64,000 bases of DNA, from NCBI GenBank assembly GCA_903929485.1, contig CAIYUY010000097.1:3088-67087 (forward strand). Reading direction: 5' to 3'. The notes below the pieces were generated by a model. The model did not search any database, was not told where the DNA came from, and was given only the letters and a program-made list of their open reading frames with translations. The position numbers and the translations under genes were made by a program. The DNA comes from an uncultured Desulfuromonadales bacterium. GTDB lineage: Bacteria; Desulfobacterota; Desulfuromonadia; Geobacterales; CAIOGM01. Within the stretch, counting starts at the first letter, position 1. Each line of letters begins with the position of its first letter. Below are positions 39,053-48,704 of this stretch, in pieces.

Positions 39053-40489
39053 ATGAAAATTTTACTAACAGGTGCAACAGGTTACATCGGTAAACGACTT
39101 CTGCCGCGGTTAATCGCCCAGGGACACGAACTGTTCTGCTGCGTCAGGGACCGCAGCCGGTTTACCGCCCCGCCGGGGATGCAGGGAGCCGTACAGGTCC
39201 TGGAAGTGGATTTTCTCCACCGCCCGTCCCTGGACGCCATTCCCCAGGGGATCGAGTGCGCCTATTATCTGGTCCATTCCATGTCGTCTTCCGGGGAATT
39301 TGACGAGATGGAGTCAACCTCCGCGATCAACTTTCGCGACCGGATGGATGCCCTGAACGTGAAGCAGGTTGTTTATCTCAGCGGCATCGTTAATAAGGAG
39401 ACTCTGTCCCGGCATCTGGCCTCAAGGAAGCACGTTGAAGATCTCCTGGCCTCCGGTCGCTTTTCCCTGACAACCCTGCGGGCCGGAATTATCGTCGGAT
39501 CGGGGAGCGCCTCCTTTGAAATCATCAGGGATCTGGTGGAAAAGCTCCCTTTCATGATCGCCCCCGCTTGGCTTTCCACCCGTTGCCAGCCCATCGGGAT
39601 CAGCGACGTTATTGAACTCCTCCTCCGTTGTCTCAAGAATGAGGCGACCTACGACCGGAGTTTTGACATCGGCGGGCCGGATATCATGACCTACAAGGAG
39701 ATGCTCCTTGGCTATGCGGATGCTCGCGGGTTGAAAAGAGCGATAGTGACGGTTCCGGTCATGACGCCGCGACTCTCTTCCTACTGGCTCTATTTTGTGA
39801 CGTCGACCTCCTTTACCCTGGCTCGGAATCTGGTGAACAGCATGAAGGTCGAGGTCGTCTGCCGGAATAATGAAATCATGCAGCTTCTTAAGTTGCAACC
39901 GCGAAATTTTAACGCCACCATCCTGGCGGCCTTTGAGGCTCTGGAGCAGAACAGCCTCCTTTCCAGCTGGAAGGACAGCATGGTCAGCGGCCGGTTGAAC
40001 ATTCACCTCGCCGATTATGTTCAGGTTCCCGAATTCGGCTGTCTGTGCGACCAACGATCGTTGACGGTTGCCGATCCCGAAGCCGTTCTGGAACGGATAT
40101 GGCGCATAGGAGGCGACAGGGGGTGGTACTACCTGAACTGGCTCTGGCGTCTCCGGGGGGTTTTCGACAAGGCTTTCGGCGGCGTCGGCCTCAGGCGGGG
40201 GAGAACCAGCGCCGTCTCCCTGCATACCGGGGAGTGCCTCGATTTCTGGCGCGTGCTTCTGGCGGACAGGGGAGGGCGAAGGCTGTTGCTGTTTGCCGAG
40301 ATGAAATTGCCAGGCGAGGCCTGGCTGGAGTTCAGGATCGATGACAAAAATATCCTGCATCAGACCGCAACCTTTCGCCCCCGGGGGCTCTGGGGGAGAA
40401 TCTACTGGTATACCCTGGTGCCCCTGCACCAGATCATTTTTGGCGGGATGATTCGGCGTATCGCCGGTAACCCTACGCAAGAGGTCTGA
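39053..40489 (+). CDS. NAD(P)-binding SDR/NmrA-like protein with a DUF2867-like C-terminal domain
   Basis: MKILLTGATGYIGKRL Rossmann start, 478 aa. Confidence 0.75.
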   Translation: MKILLTGATGYIGKRLLPRLIAQGHELFCCVRDRSRFTAPPGMQGAVQVLEVDFLHRPSLDAIPQGIECAYYLVHSMSSSGEFDEMESTSAINFRDRMDALNVKQVVYLSGIVNKETLSRHLASRKHVEDLLASGRFSLTTLRAGIIVGSGSASFEIIRDLVEKLPFMIAPAWLSTRCQPIGISDVIELLLRCLKNEATYDRSFDIGGPDIMTYKEMLLGYADARGLKRAIVTVPVMTPRLSSYWLYFVTSTSFTLARNLVNSMKVEVVCRNNEIMQLLKLQPRNFNATILAAFEALEQNSLLSSWKDSMVSGRLNIHLADYVQVPEFGCLCDQRSLTVADPEAVLERIWRIGGDRGWYYLNWLWRLRGVFDKAFGGVGLRRGRTSAVSLHTGECLDFWRVLLADRGGRRLLLFAEMKLPGEAWLEFRIDDKNILHQTATFRPRGLWGRIYWYTLVPLHQIIFGGMIRRIAGNPTQEV

Positions 40490-40573
40490 ATCAATGCTTT
40501 GAACCCTTTTTCACCACCAGGGATGTGGGGAAGGGGATAGGGAGCACCTTTACGGTAAAGGTGCCTTACGACA

Positions 40574-43273
40574 ATGAACAGTGAATCGGGAGTTTTTATG
40601 AGCCGGCGGAATACCATGACGTTTGATCAGGCCGATCTCCCGACCTGCCTGGAGAGCATGCGTGAATCCGAGATCGACGGCTTGAATTTCGCGGTCAGCG
40701 GCTTGATCTGCGATGCATGGCATATTCCCGTGAGTGGCGGCAACCAGATCCTTTCGGAGCAAATCGTCAAGACAAACATCAACAGGTTCATGGTGCTGCC
40801 GGATGATGCCACCGAGGAAGTTCAACGGGCGACGCTGGCGCAACAGCAGATAGATCGACTGCTGGCGGAAATGTCATCGGAGCGGGATAACGCCCTCACC
40901 GTCATGGAGGTATCGGTCCTCTGCGAGAATCTTGTTACCGGTCGGATTACCATCACGTCGAAACAGAGAAAATGGCAACTCCTACAGGGTTCCTCTCCCT
41001 TTATCTTGAGCTCCCTCCTTCTTACCTTTGTTCACGAAGAGGATCGCGCCTTCTTCAGTGAAGATTACCGTCAGGCCTGTGTGGGCGCAGCCACGAGTTT
41101 TCGCGATTTTCGCCTCCGTCTTGCCAACGGGCGTTTCGCCTGGATAACCGGTCGTCGCTATCTCGTCTATGCCCCGGACGGGGCGCCGGCCAAACTGACG
41201 ACGCTCTGCATTGACGTCACCGAACAGCGCGAGGGAGAACAGGAACGGATCACCCTGGCCAAGCGACTCAATCTCGCCACAAACGCCGCCGGTGTGGGGA
41301 TCTTCGAGGTTCCCGGCGATGGCGGACCCTTGTGGTGGAGTTCCCAAACCTATGCGCTGCATGGCTGCCCCATGGCTGTGGGGCAATCTCCCCAAGCAAT
41401 CTTTGAAAGGGTCGTGACGCCCCATGACCGTTACCGGGTGGAGGATTGGTTGTGGAACGGATTAACGGACGCGGATCTGGACAATATTGAATATTCGGTG
41501 GAATTTCCCTCCGGTGAGCTGCATTGGCTGGCATGCAAGGGGCACGTGCAGTACAGCGCCGAGGGGAAGGTTCTCTCACTCATGGGTGTGGTCTGGGATA
41601 TCACCGACCACCGGAAGATACAGGCCGCCCTGGAGGCGCGGCGGAACGCCGAGGCGGCCAACAAGGGCAAAAGCAACTTTCTGGCTACCATGAGCCACGA
41701 AATACGGACTCCCATGAATGCCGTCATCGGTTTGGGGCATCTGGTGCTCAAGACGGAGCTCTCCCCGAAACAGCATGACTACCTGACGAAGATGATGACC
41801 GCAGCAGACGGCCTGTTGCAGTTACTTAACGATATTCTCGATCTGTCCAAAATAGAGGCCGGGAAACTTTCTCTTGCCGCAACGACGTTTGCTCTGAGAA
41901 AATCCTTGCATGATTCCCTCAGTCTGATGAAGTGCCAGGCGGGAGCAAAGGGGGTGAAGCTTGTTACCGCCATCGATCCGCTGACCCCGGAGCATCTGAC
42001 GGGTGATTTTATGAGGCTCCGGCAGATACTCTTCAATCTGCTGGGGAACGCCATCAAGTTCACCCAAAAGGGAGAGATTTACCTGGCGGTTCGTCCGCTG
42101 CTTTCCGGGGACGAGGGGGTATTGCTGGAATTCACCATCCGGGACACCGGTATCGGGATGACCGGGGAGCAGTTGGGATTTATCTTCGAACCGTTCACCC
42201 AGGCGGAGAGCTCCACGGCCCGCAGTTATGGCGGCACCGGTCTGGGGCTCAGTATCTGCCGACAGCTGGTCAACCTCATGGGGGGGACCATCAGGGGGGC
42301 AAGTATTCCGGGAGAGGGAAGCACCTTTACCTTCACCGTCCGCCTGCCCCAGGGAAAGTGTGCGGAACTCCCGCAACAACGGGAACCGGGTGGGAATCCC
42401 CTGCTATCACTCCAGGGGCGCCGTATCCTGGTGGCGGAGGATCAGGAGCTCAATCAGCTGCTGATACGGGAAGTTCTGGAGCAGTTGGGGATGATCGTCA
42501 CGCTGGCCGGCAACGGAGAGGAGGCGGTTCTAGCCGCCACGGGTAGTGGCGTCCGCTATGACGCCGTTCTCATGGATCTCCGGATGCCGGTCATGGACGG
42601 TTACGAGGCTACCCGTAGAATAAAGGACCTCCCCGGATATGAAGAGTTGCCGATCATAGCCCTCACCGCCGATGTCATGTCCGAGGAACGTTCTCGCTGT
42701 CTCGAAGCGGGGATGGTGGATCATCTTGCCAAGCCCATCGATCTTAATAAGTTGGGGCAGACTCTGGTCCGCTGGCTTCTTCCTCCCTCTGAAGGAGAAA
42801 TAGCGCCGCATGTCCTGGAAAAGATACCGGAGGCGGCAGCTACCATCCCCCATCTGCCCGGTTTTAACCTGCTCACCGCGCTGCATCGTCTCGGGGGGAA
42901 CGGTTCGCTGTTACTATCGCTGCTTCGGAGTTTTGTTGAGAGTCAACGGGGGGTGGTTGCCGAGATCAGAGCGGCCCTCGCCGCGGGGGATTCGGCGGCA
43001 GCCCTGCATCTGGCGCACCGCCTTCGTGGAATTTCAGGGAACCTGGCCGCCGGTGACGTGGCGGCGGCAGCCGGCGCCCTGGAAGAACGGTTAAAAAACG
43101 GCGGAACCGCGGGGCTGGAGGAGCTGTTGGCGGAGTTGGAACGGCGGCTGACGGAGGCGTGCCTGGTGGTAGCGTCGCTCCTCGGATTTTCCGATACCGT
43201 TGTCCGGGAAGTGAGCGTTGGCAGCTGCCCCGGCAAAGTTCAATTACCGTACGGCCAGGAGCATCGTGGCTGA
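40574..43273 (+). CDS. Hybrid sensor kinase: PAS x2-HisKA-HATPase-REC-Hpt
   Basis: [31 protein letters not shown]...AVLMDLRMPVMDG...ALTA, and Hpt LAHRLRGISGNL. An alternative start is the ATG at 40598. Confidence 0.9.
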   Translation: MNSESGVFMSRRNTMTFDQADLPTCLESMRESEIDGLNFAVSGLICDAWHIPVSGGNQILSEQIVKTNINRFMVLPDDATEEVQRATLAQQQIDRLLAEMSSERDNALTVMEVSVLCENLVTGRITITSKQRKWQLLQGSSPFILSSLLLTFVHEEDRAFFSEDYRQACVGAATSFRDFRLRLANGRFAWITGRRYLVYAPDGAPAKLTTLCIDVTEQREGEQERITLAKRLNLATNAAGVGIFEVPGDGGPLWWSSQTYALHGCPMAVGQSPQAIFERVVTPHDRYRVEDWLWNGLTDADLDNIEYSVEFPSGELHWLACKGHVQYSAEGKVLSLMGVVWDITDHRKIQAALEARRNAEAANKGKSNFLATMSHEIRTPMNAVIGLGHLVLKTELSPKQHDYLTKMMTAADGLLQLLNDILDLSKIEAGKLSLAATTFALRKSLHDSLSLMKCQAGAKGVKLVTAIDPLTPEHLTGDFMRLRQILFNLLGNAIKFTQKGEIYLAVRPLLSGDEGVLLEFTIRDTGIGMTGEQLGFIFEPFTQAESSTARSYGGTGLGLSICRQLVNLMGGTIRGASIPGEGSTFTFTVRLPQGKCAELPQQREPGGNPLLSLQGRRILVAEDQELNQLLIREVLEQLGMIVTLAGNGEEAVLAATGSGVRYDAVLMDLRMPVMDGYEATRRIKDLPGYEELPIIALTADVMSEERSRCLEAGMVDHLAKPIDLNKLGQTLVRWLLPPSEGEIAPHVLEKIPEAAATIPHLPGFNLLTALHRLGGNGSLLLSLLRSFVESQRGVVAEIRAALAAGDSAAALHLAHRLRGISGNLAAGDVAAAAGALEERLKNGGTAGLEELLAELERRLTEACLVVASLLGFSDTVVREVSVGSCPGKVQLPYGQEHRG

Positions 43274-43912
43274 ACTTGCCGTTTCGTTGGAGATTGTTTT
43301 GCCGTAACACCCATAAAGAGTAACGGAGCAGACGGATGACTACGAAGGATTACCGGCAACGACCGGAATTTTGCAGTTTTCATGAAATGCGTAAGGAGCA
43401 GGAAAATCGCCACCGGAGTCATCCGGCTTCCGTCGCGGTGGAGTCGGATGAAGGGCTTTCCGACCGGGTTACCGTTTTTACGGCCGTTTCCGGGGGTGTC
43501 TCATCGGCGGAGAGCATCATGGAGACGCCGGGGGACCGGTTGCGGGTCCGCCCCCGGGTGGTCATCGCTGACGCCGCCGAGCTCAGGAGTAATCTCTCCA
43601 TGGGGAATAGTCGCAAGGTGAATCGCTTTCTTGATTTGCGGGAAAAGAGCTTAATTTGACCCGGAAAACGGCATTTTCACCACAGAGTCACAGAGAACAG
43701 AGAGAAATCGCTGGGGGAAAGTTTCTGGTCAAACCGGGCCTCGGAACTATCGGCGGCGTCCCAGGGGAAAAAATCCTGGGGGTTGTTGCGCAACCGCGAT
43801 GGGTATGAAGCGACCCGGCTCATTCGTACCCGTTTTCCACCCCTCGCTTCGTCTGCATCCGCTCTCAGGCCGTCTTTCCGGCATGCATTCGGTTTCCATT
43901 GATTTGTCTTAG

Positions 43913-44068
43913 GTGACGACGCTGCTTTTCGACGAAATCCAGAATGTCCCGTCCTGGGAACTGATTGTCAACCGACTGCAGCGGCAAGGTTACCGTCCGG
44001 TTATAACCGGCTCCAACGCCCTCAAGGGAGCGCTCGGTTTCCGCAGCGTCCACACGGTGGAAAATTAG
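43913..44068 (+). pseudogene. 51-codon fragment of an AAA_14/DUF4143-type ATPase
   Basis: Reads TTLLFDEIQNVPSWELIVNRLQRQGYRPVITGSNALKGAL. It is flanked by stops. Confidence 0.45.
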
Positions 44069-44274
44069 AGGCTCCGGGACGTTGTTTATTTGTCCATTGA
44101 CTGTCGCCTTTTGCAGAGTCAGTGGACAATTGCTCAACCCTGAAAGAGGGGGGAGATGGTGTGCGCCTTTGAGCGGACATCGCTCGTAGTAAACATCGGA
44201 TTGCTCATGCAAGGTTTTTTCTGCGAGCATCCTCTTGACGCATCTGAATTCCGCCGCCATCCGCGTAAGCCCAA

Positions 44275-44997
44275 TTACCTCCTCAGACTCCCCGGCGCAC
44301 AGCCGAACTTTCTTCGAAATGCATGGATGAAATGATTGACGTGGGAATAGCCCAGCTGCTGGGCCAGGAGTTTCAAGGGGATGGTCGTCTGCGAAATTGT
44401 GTCATGGGCCAGCTTGAAGCGATATTCCGTGATAAAATTCACCACCGTTTGGCCATATTCGGCGCAGAATTCAGCATTGAGGGTACGGACGGAGCAGCCG
44501 TACTGCGCCGCCAGTTCCTCCATGGTCGGCAATTTTCCCCTGGTATTGACCAGTAGTTCATAGATGGCGCGGGCGCGCTCCGTTGCCTTCAGCTGCCCCG
44601 GATCAAGGGGAAGCTGGGGGGAGTCCCCCGCCCAGGTGATGATCCGTCGGGATAGAGCGCTCACGGCCGCGGCCAGCTCTTCCAGAGAGGTGGGCTTGGT
44701 CAGATAGATATCCGCCCCGTTGTCATATCCTGATATTTTGTCCGTCAGCCCGTTGCGTGCGGTGACCATGATGATGCCGATTGCGGGGTGCATGCGGCGT
44801 AAGCGTCGGGCAAGGCTGATACCGTCTTCACCGGGGAGATTGAGATCGAGAATCAGCATATGGGGGATGGAGAGTTCAAGCTCGGCATTGAGAGCTTCCG
44901 CGCTGCCTATACCTCGAACCTTATGCCCCATCTCCGTCAGGGCGGACAGGGTTACTTCGCGTAGCGCCTCGTGGTCTTCAATTACCAGGATATTCAT
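44275..44997 (-). CDS. Response regulator, REC plus AraC-type HTH
   Basis: MNILVIEDH...LILDLNLPGEDG...TKP, then an AraC signature (GYS.VNHF..AFRRKFG..PG). ATGA overlap with the kinase stop. Confidence 0.88.
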   Translation of the reverse strand: MNILVIEDHEALREVTLSALTEMGHKVRGIGSAEALNAELELSIPHMLILDLNLPGEDGISLARRLRRMHPAIGIIMVTARNGLTDKISGYDNGADIYLTKPTSLEELAAAVSALSRRIITWAGDSPQLPLDPGQLKATERARAIYELLVNTRGKLPTMEELAAQYGCSVRTLNAEFCAEYGQTVVNFITEYRFKLAHDTISQTTIPLKLLAQQLGYSHVNHFIHAFRRKFGCAPGSLRR

Positions 44998-47243
44998 GAT
45001 GGCGTCCATAGTTCGAAAGTTATAGTTGTCTCGGTGGGTAGATAGCGTAGCTCCGCCTCCATGAGACGGGCGAGGTTGGCTGCAAGGTAAAGGCCAAGGC
45101 CCGAACCGGTGCTGCTGTGCGCTCCGGCGGACCGGTAGAATTTTTTGAAAATTCTTTTATCATCAGGTGATCCAGCCGAACCTATGCCATTGGTTACACC
45201 CACGGCAATGCCGGGCCGGCCGTGCCGCTGGCCAACCGAACTCTCGATGAGGATGTTTTCTTCAACAGAGCCGTATTTCAGGGCATTGTCGATCAGATTC
45301 GCCAGTATGATGCGCAGTATCTGCGGGTCGCCGTTGAGGACGGGAAGTTCGGCGCACCGGATGGTCAATCGTTGGGGCGCCGCACAGGCCGAGTGGAGAT
45401 CGGTAAGTAGTTCCTCCAACCGGACAGGTTCGTTGCTGCACGAAAAACGACCATGTTTGAGGAGGTCGACTTGAAGACAGCGGAGGATGATGGCATGCAT
45501 ATCCTCCACCGCGCGCCGGGCATGTTTCCTGACAGCGGGTTGCATTGCTTCCGAACCGAGGGCAAGGCGGAGGACGGAAAGCGGGGTCTTCAGTTCATGG
45601 CTGAGCATTGCCATAAAGCGGTCCTGCTCATCACGCCGGTAAGCTTCCCGGGTGAAAAGCATTGCCAGGAGAAGTGTCGAAACGATGATGGCGGAAGTGG
45701 TAAGCAACAGCCATCTCATCCGCTCCCCCACATCACGTTGCAGATCGTTATTGGAGAAGCCGACCACCATGACCAGGGGGAATGAACCCACCTTTTTGTA
45801 GACGAAGAGGCGACGGATGTTGTCGAATTGGCTGGTGTTTTCATAATGGCCGGATGAAGTCCTCTTCAACACCTCCCAGAGTGGCGAATCCACCGTTTCC
45901 GACCATTTACCTGCGGGAACCTGTGGCGCACGCGCCCTCAGTTTTCTATCCGTTATTCCCAAAAGCGAAGCAGAACTCTGTGCTCCCCCTGAAAGGTCTC
46001 GATAATAGCGGGCGAACGCTTCCGGGTTCACTGTCGCCAGCGCCAAGCCGCCGAAACTTCCGTCGGGGTTATTCATCCGGCGCGTGATCCGGAAGTGCAG
46101 CTTGCCGGTGACCCGGTCCGGTTCCACCGGAGAGATGAAGATCGTATCGGTGGTCGTGGCGCGATGGAACGTGAAATATTCACGGTCTGCGACGCTTTTG
46201 CCCAGGGTCGCCGGGTCGTGTGAGAGGACGATGTCGCCACCGGGCCCTATGAGATAGATAGTGTCGATAATCCCCCGTTCAATGCCCAGCGAGCGGATGA
46301 AGGATTCAGTCTCGGAAAGCGATCGCGTTCGCAGATAATAGCCACGCACCGAGCGCAAAAAAGCATCGACCTGATTGGTAACCAGGACCGTATGATCCAC
46401 AAACGCGTCATTGACCAGTTCGGCGGAGCGGATCAGCCGGGTTTTCTCCATCTCTCTGATATTCACGTAACCTACCCCCAGCATGCTGACGACGCAGACA
46501 ATGAGCACGGAAACGGCGCTCCAGAGCAGGAGCAGCTTGTTGCGAAACTGCTCGACGAATTCCGTAAGGTTGCGCGTTTTGCCGACGTCCTTGCCGTGAT
46601 CATCCTTGAGGCGGTCCACCTCCATCCACATGACGCAGATCGAGATGAGCGACATCATGACGATATATCCGAACACCGTCATCCAGGTCGTCGGGTTGGC
46701 GCCGCGCAGGGGGGGGGGAGGCGGAGCGCTGACGAGAAGCGCCACAAAGCGGAGCGCCATCCAGATGGTCAGTGTGCCGAACAGGAGCGCCATGGCTCTG
46801 GTAGGGATTCCGCACGTTCGCTTCAGGGCAGCGCGACAAAGTTGTAACGCCGTGCGACCGTGGAGAGCCACCGCGGCCAGAGAGAACAGCATGCTTCGAT
46901 AGATGCCGTTGGGTTCGATGAGGCCCCAGTAGCCGAAGGCAGGCAGGAGCAGCGCCAGTATACCCCATCCCAGCCAATCCGTGGTTGCCGTCCGTTCTTC
47001 GCAGTAGGCTGAAAAGCAGGAATAGAGGATTGGACCGGCCATGAGCAGCAGGTTGTTGGCAACGATGACTGTTTTCCAGGTGGGGAGTGGCGATGCGATT
47101 CCGGAGAGCGAGAAGCCGAGAGAGAGAACGAACACGGCCAGGGATGTGCTACGGACAAGGAGCGTGCCGGGGAGGAACCGAGCAAAGATGAGCAACACCA
47201 GGCAGAGACTCAGGCTCAGGCCGCCGGCGACAGTGTAAAACAT
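44994..47243 (-). CDS. Sensor histidine kinase with a multi-TM N-terminal region and a periplasmic Cache-like domain
   Basis: About 6 N-terminal TM helices, a Cache-like segment (IYLIGPGGDIV...REYF...), HisKA FMAMLSHELKTPL, and HATPase GSGLGLYL. Confidence 0.85.
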   Translation of the reverse strand: MFYTVAGGLSLSLCLVLLIFARFLPGTLLVRSTSLAVFVLSLGFSLSGIASPLPTWKTVIVANNLLLMAGPILYSCFSAYCEERTATTDWLGWGILALLLPAFGYWGLIEPNGIYRSMLFSLAAVALHGRTALQLCRAALKRTCGIPTRAMALLFGTLTIWMALRFVALLVSAPPPPPLRGANPTTWMTVFGYIVMMSLISICVMWMEVDRLKDDHGKDVGKTRNLTEFVEQFRNKLLLLWSAVSVLIVCVVSMLGVGYVNIREMEKTRLIRSAELVNDAFVDHTVLVTNQVDAFLRSVRGYYLRTRSLSETESFIRSLGIERGIIDTIYLIGPGGDIVLSHDPATLGKSVADREYFTFHRATTTDTIFISPVEPDRVTGKLHFRITRRMNNPDGSFGGLALATVNPEAFARYYRDLSGGAQSSASLLGITDRKLRARAPQVPAGKWSETVDSPLWEVLKRTSSGHYENTSQFDNIRRLFVYKKVGSFPLVMVVGFSNNDLQRDVGERMRWLLLTTSAIIVSTLLLAMLFTREAYRRDEQDRFMAMLSHELKTPLSVLRLALGSEAMQPAVRKHARRAVEDMHAIILRCLQVDLLKHGRFSCSNEPVRLEELLTDLHSACAAPQRLTIRCAELPVLNGDPQILRIILANLIDNALKYGSVEENILIESSVGQRHGRPGIAVGVTNGIGSAGSPDDKRIFKKFYRSAGAHSSTGSGLGLYLAANLARLMEAELRYLPTETTITFELWTPS

Positions 47244-47314
47244 CAGAGTGGCAGGGAAATCAAAAATGGCGGGATCTCCAAAAAGTTCTCTTCAGAGCCT
47301 TTGCGAGGAACGAA

Positions 47315-47698
47315 CTATCTCCGATACGGCTGAATAGTTTGTAGTTTGGGATGGGGTAGATAATGTTTCTGATTGAATGTATGAAGAGAAGAATTCGCTT
47401 CCACAGCTGTTTCTGCAATCAGCGCATCGATAATACCGATGCCTTGACTCAGATGGTGGGAAGAAAAAAATTTTAAAGCGTGATCGCATGCCTCATGTGA
47501 CGGCCATAACAGTCTCTATCCCTTGAGGGTCTTATTCAGAAGGTTTTGTTCGGTCTTGTTGCGGCATCCCTGCAACAGCTCCATAACAACCAGTCCCGGA
47601 ATGGCTATAGTTTTAGAAAAATTGGCGTCAAGCCAAGATAGAGCGCCAAGGTGGCCTCGCAGAATATCAACCATTATATCCGTATCGCAGACGATCAT
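47315..47698 (-). pseudogene. vapC: PIN-domain VapC toxin interrupted by one in-frame TAG (codon 61)
   Basis: The N-terminal part MIVCDTDIMVDIL..MELLQG ends at the TAG at 47518-47516. The same frame continues ..GIGIIDALIAETAVEANSSLHTFNQKHY..PYRR* to 47315. Total length is 127 codons. Confidence 0.75.
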
Positions 47699-47964
47699 GA
47701 GAGGTTTCGATTCTGGGCCTTATCACGCAGGGATCGGGCAAAGAGCGAACTATCACCCAAGTTGCGATCTTTCCAGATCCCAACGACAGATGATGCAGCC
47801 AGATCCGCAGCAGACGCCAGGAATGGCTGCACGGGAGTTCCTCGCCGAGAAGTGCGACGCGTCACATACTTGCCGACGAGAAAACGGTAAAAGTCATGGA
47901 GTTCCTGACGTGCAGACTCCGGAAGGATTGATGGATCAATAGTTGTTAGCCGAGCAGTTTTCAT
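47695..47964 (-). CDS. Putative antitoxin partner of vapC (family not confidently recognised)
   Basis: 89 aa, with an ATGA overlap onto the PIN gene start. The assignment rests on position. Confidence 0.55.
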   Translation of the reverse strand: MKTARLTTIDPSILPESARQELHDFYRFLVGKYVTRRTSRRGTPVQPFLASAADLAASSVVGIWKDRNLGDSSLFARSLRDKAQNRNLS

Positions 47965-48138
47965 GGCATGTATCCTATCTTGCTGAAATATCTAAACTAT
48001 GATTAAGCTATCATGATCTAAAAACGGAGTCAAAGAGAATCGTTTTTTAGGTCAGAAAAAAACGGGGCGGTATGTTGTGATGCCTATAAGCTCCTCCACC
48101 CAGCGGGCCTGCGCGCCGCAGGGCGCTTCTGCGCACAG

Positions 48139-48358
48139 GCGGGGGGAGGCCTGTCCTGAGCGAAGTCGAAGGGTTAGGAGGGGGAGGTAGAGGAGGCGCA
48201 AAAAGTCCTCTTCAGCGTCTTTGCGAGTGAAATAAAAATTGAGGACTTCCGTGAGCAGGAATAGTAGCGGAGTCTACCTTACTCCAGGAGACGGCGATTT
48301 AGCAACGGGGCTGCACAAACTCGTAGAAAAAAGGCGTAATTCCGTAGAAAAAACGAGG
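48139..48358 (+). repeat. Upstream block shared with 52910-53264 (cassette A copy)
   Basis: gcggggggaggcctgtc.tgagcgaagtcgaagggtt.ggagg... and ...gaggacttccg.gagca.gaatagtag.ggagtctac.ttactcc.gg.gacggcgattt.gcaacg.ggctgc.caa.ctcgtagaaaaaag.cgtaatt.cgtaga.aaaacg align between the two loci. Confidence 0.85.
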
Positions 48359-48397
48359 CCACAATTTATGCTACCTCTGTAGAATACCGTAAAGACT

Positions 48398-48470
48398 GTG
48401 AATGGTGAATAGTGAATGGTGAAAAGAACCTTGAACATAGAACAGGTTTGGACGTGAATGGTGAAAAGTG
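48398..48470. repeat. gtgaatggtgaa repeat cluster
   Basis: gtgaatggtgaatagtgaatggtgaaaag ... gtgaatggtgaaaagtg. The same word family occurs at 21084-21195 and 35747-35763. Confidence 0.75.
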
Positions 48471-48490
48471 CACGGCAACCGTAGGGGCGC

Positions 48491-48568
48491 GGCTTGCTGC
48501 GCCCGATGCTCTGGTCGTTGCTAATAACAAAACCGGGCGGACCAAGGCCCGCCCCTACGATGAGGGCG
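48491..48568. repeat. REP-like compound palindrome (gtaggggc family)
   Basis: gtaggggcgcggcttgctgcgccc ... gggcggaccaaggcccgcccctac. Confidence 0.7.
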
Positions 48569-48704
48569 CATAAACCGGTAGGTTGGCAGATGTACGAGGG
48601 AACATCGCCGATTCCGCTTCGCTTGAACCGGTCTGCTATGCAGAAAATTGTTCCCAATGAATGACACAACCACATTTACTAACGAGGAAAAGAAGGAGTC
48701 ACCT

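Noticed and set aside
39422-40480. 352-aa minus-strand ORF
   Set aside because: It lies antisense to the SDR/DUF2867 gene.
43336-43659. 107-aa plus-strand ORF after the hybrid kinase
   Set aside because: It has a weak GGAG upstream but odd composition and no recognisable family. It lies next to the fragment graveyard, which is not enough to call a gene.
43865-44260. 131-aa minus-strand ORF
   Set aside because: It has no recognisable features. The opposite strand carries a readable AAA_14/DUF4143 fragment, so I treat the region as decayed rather than coding.
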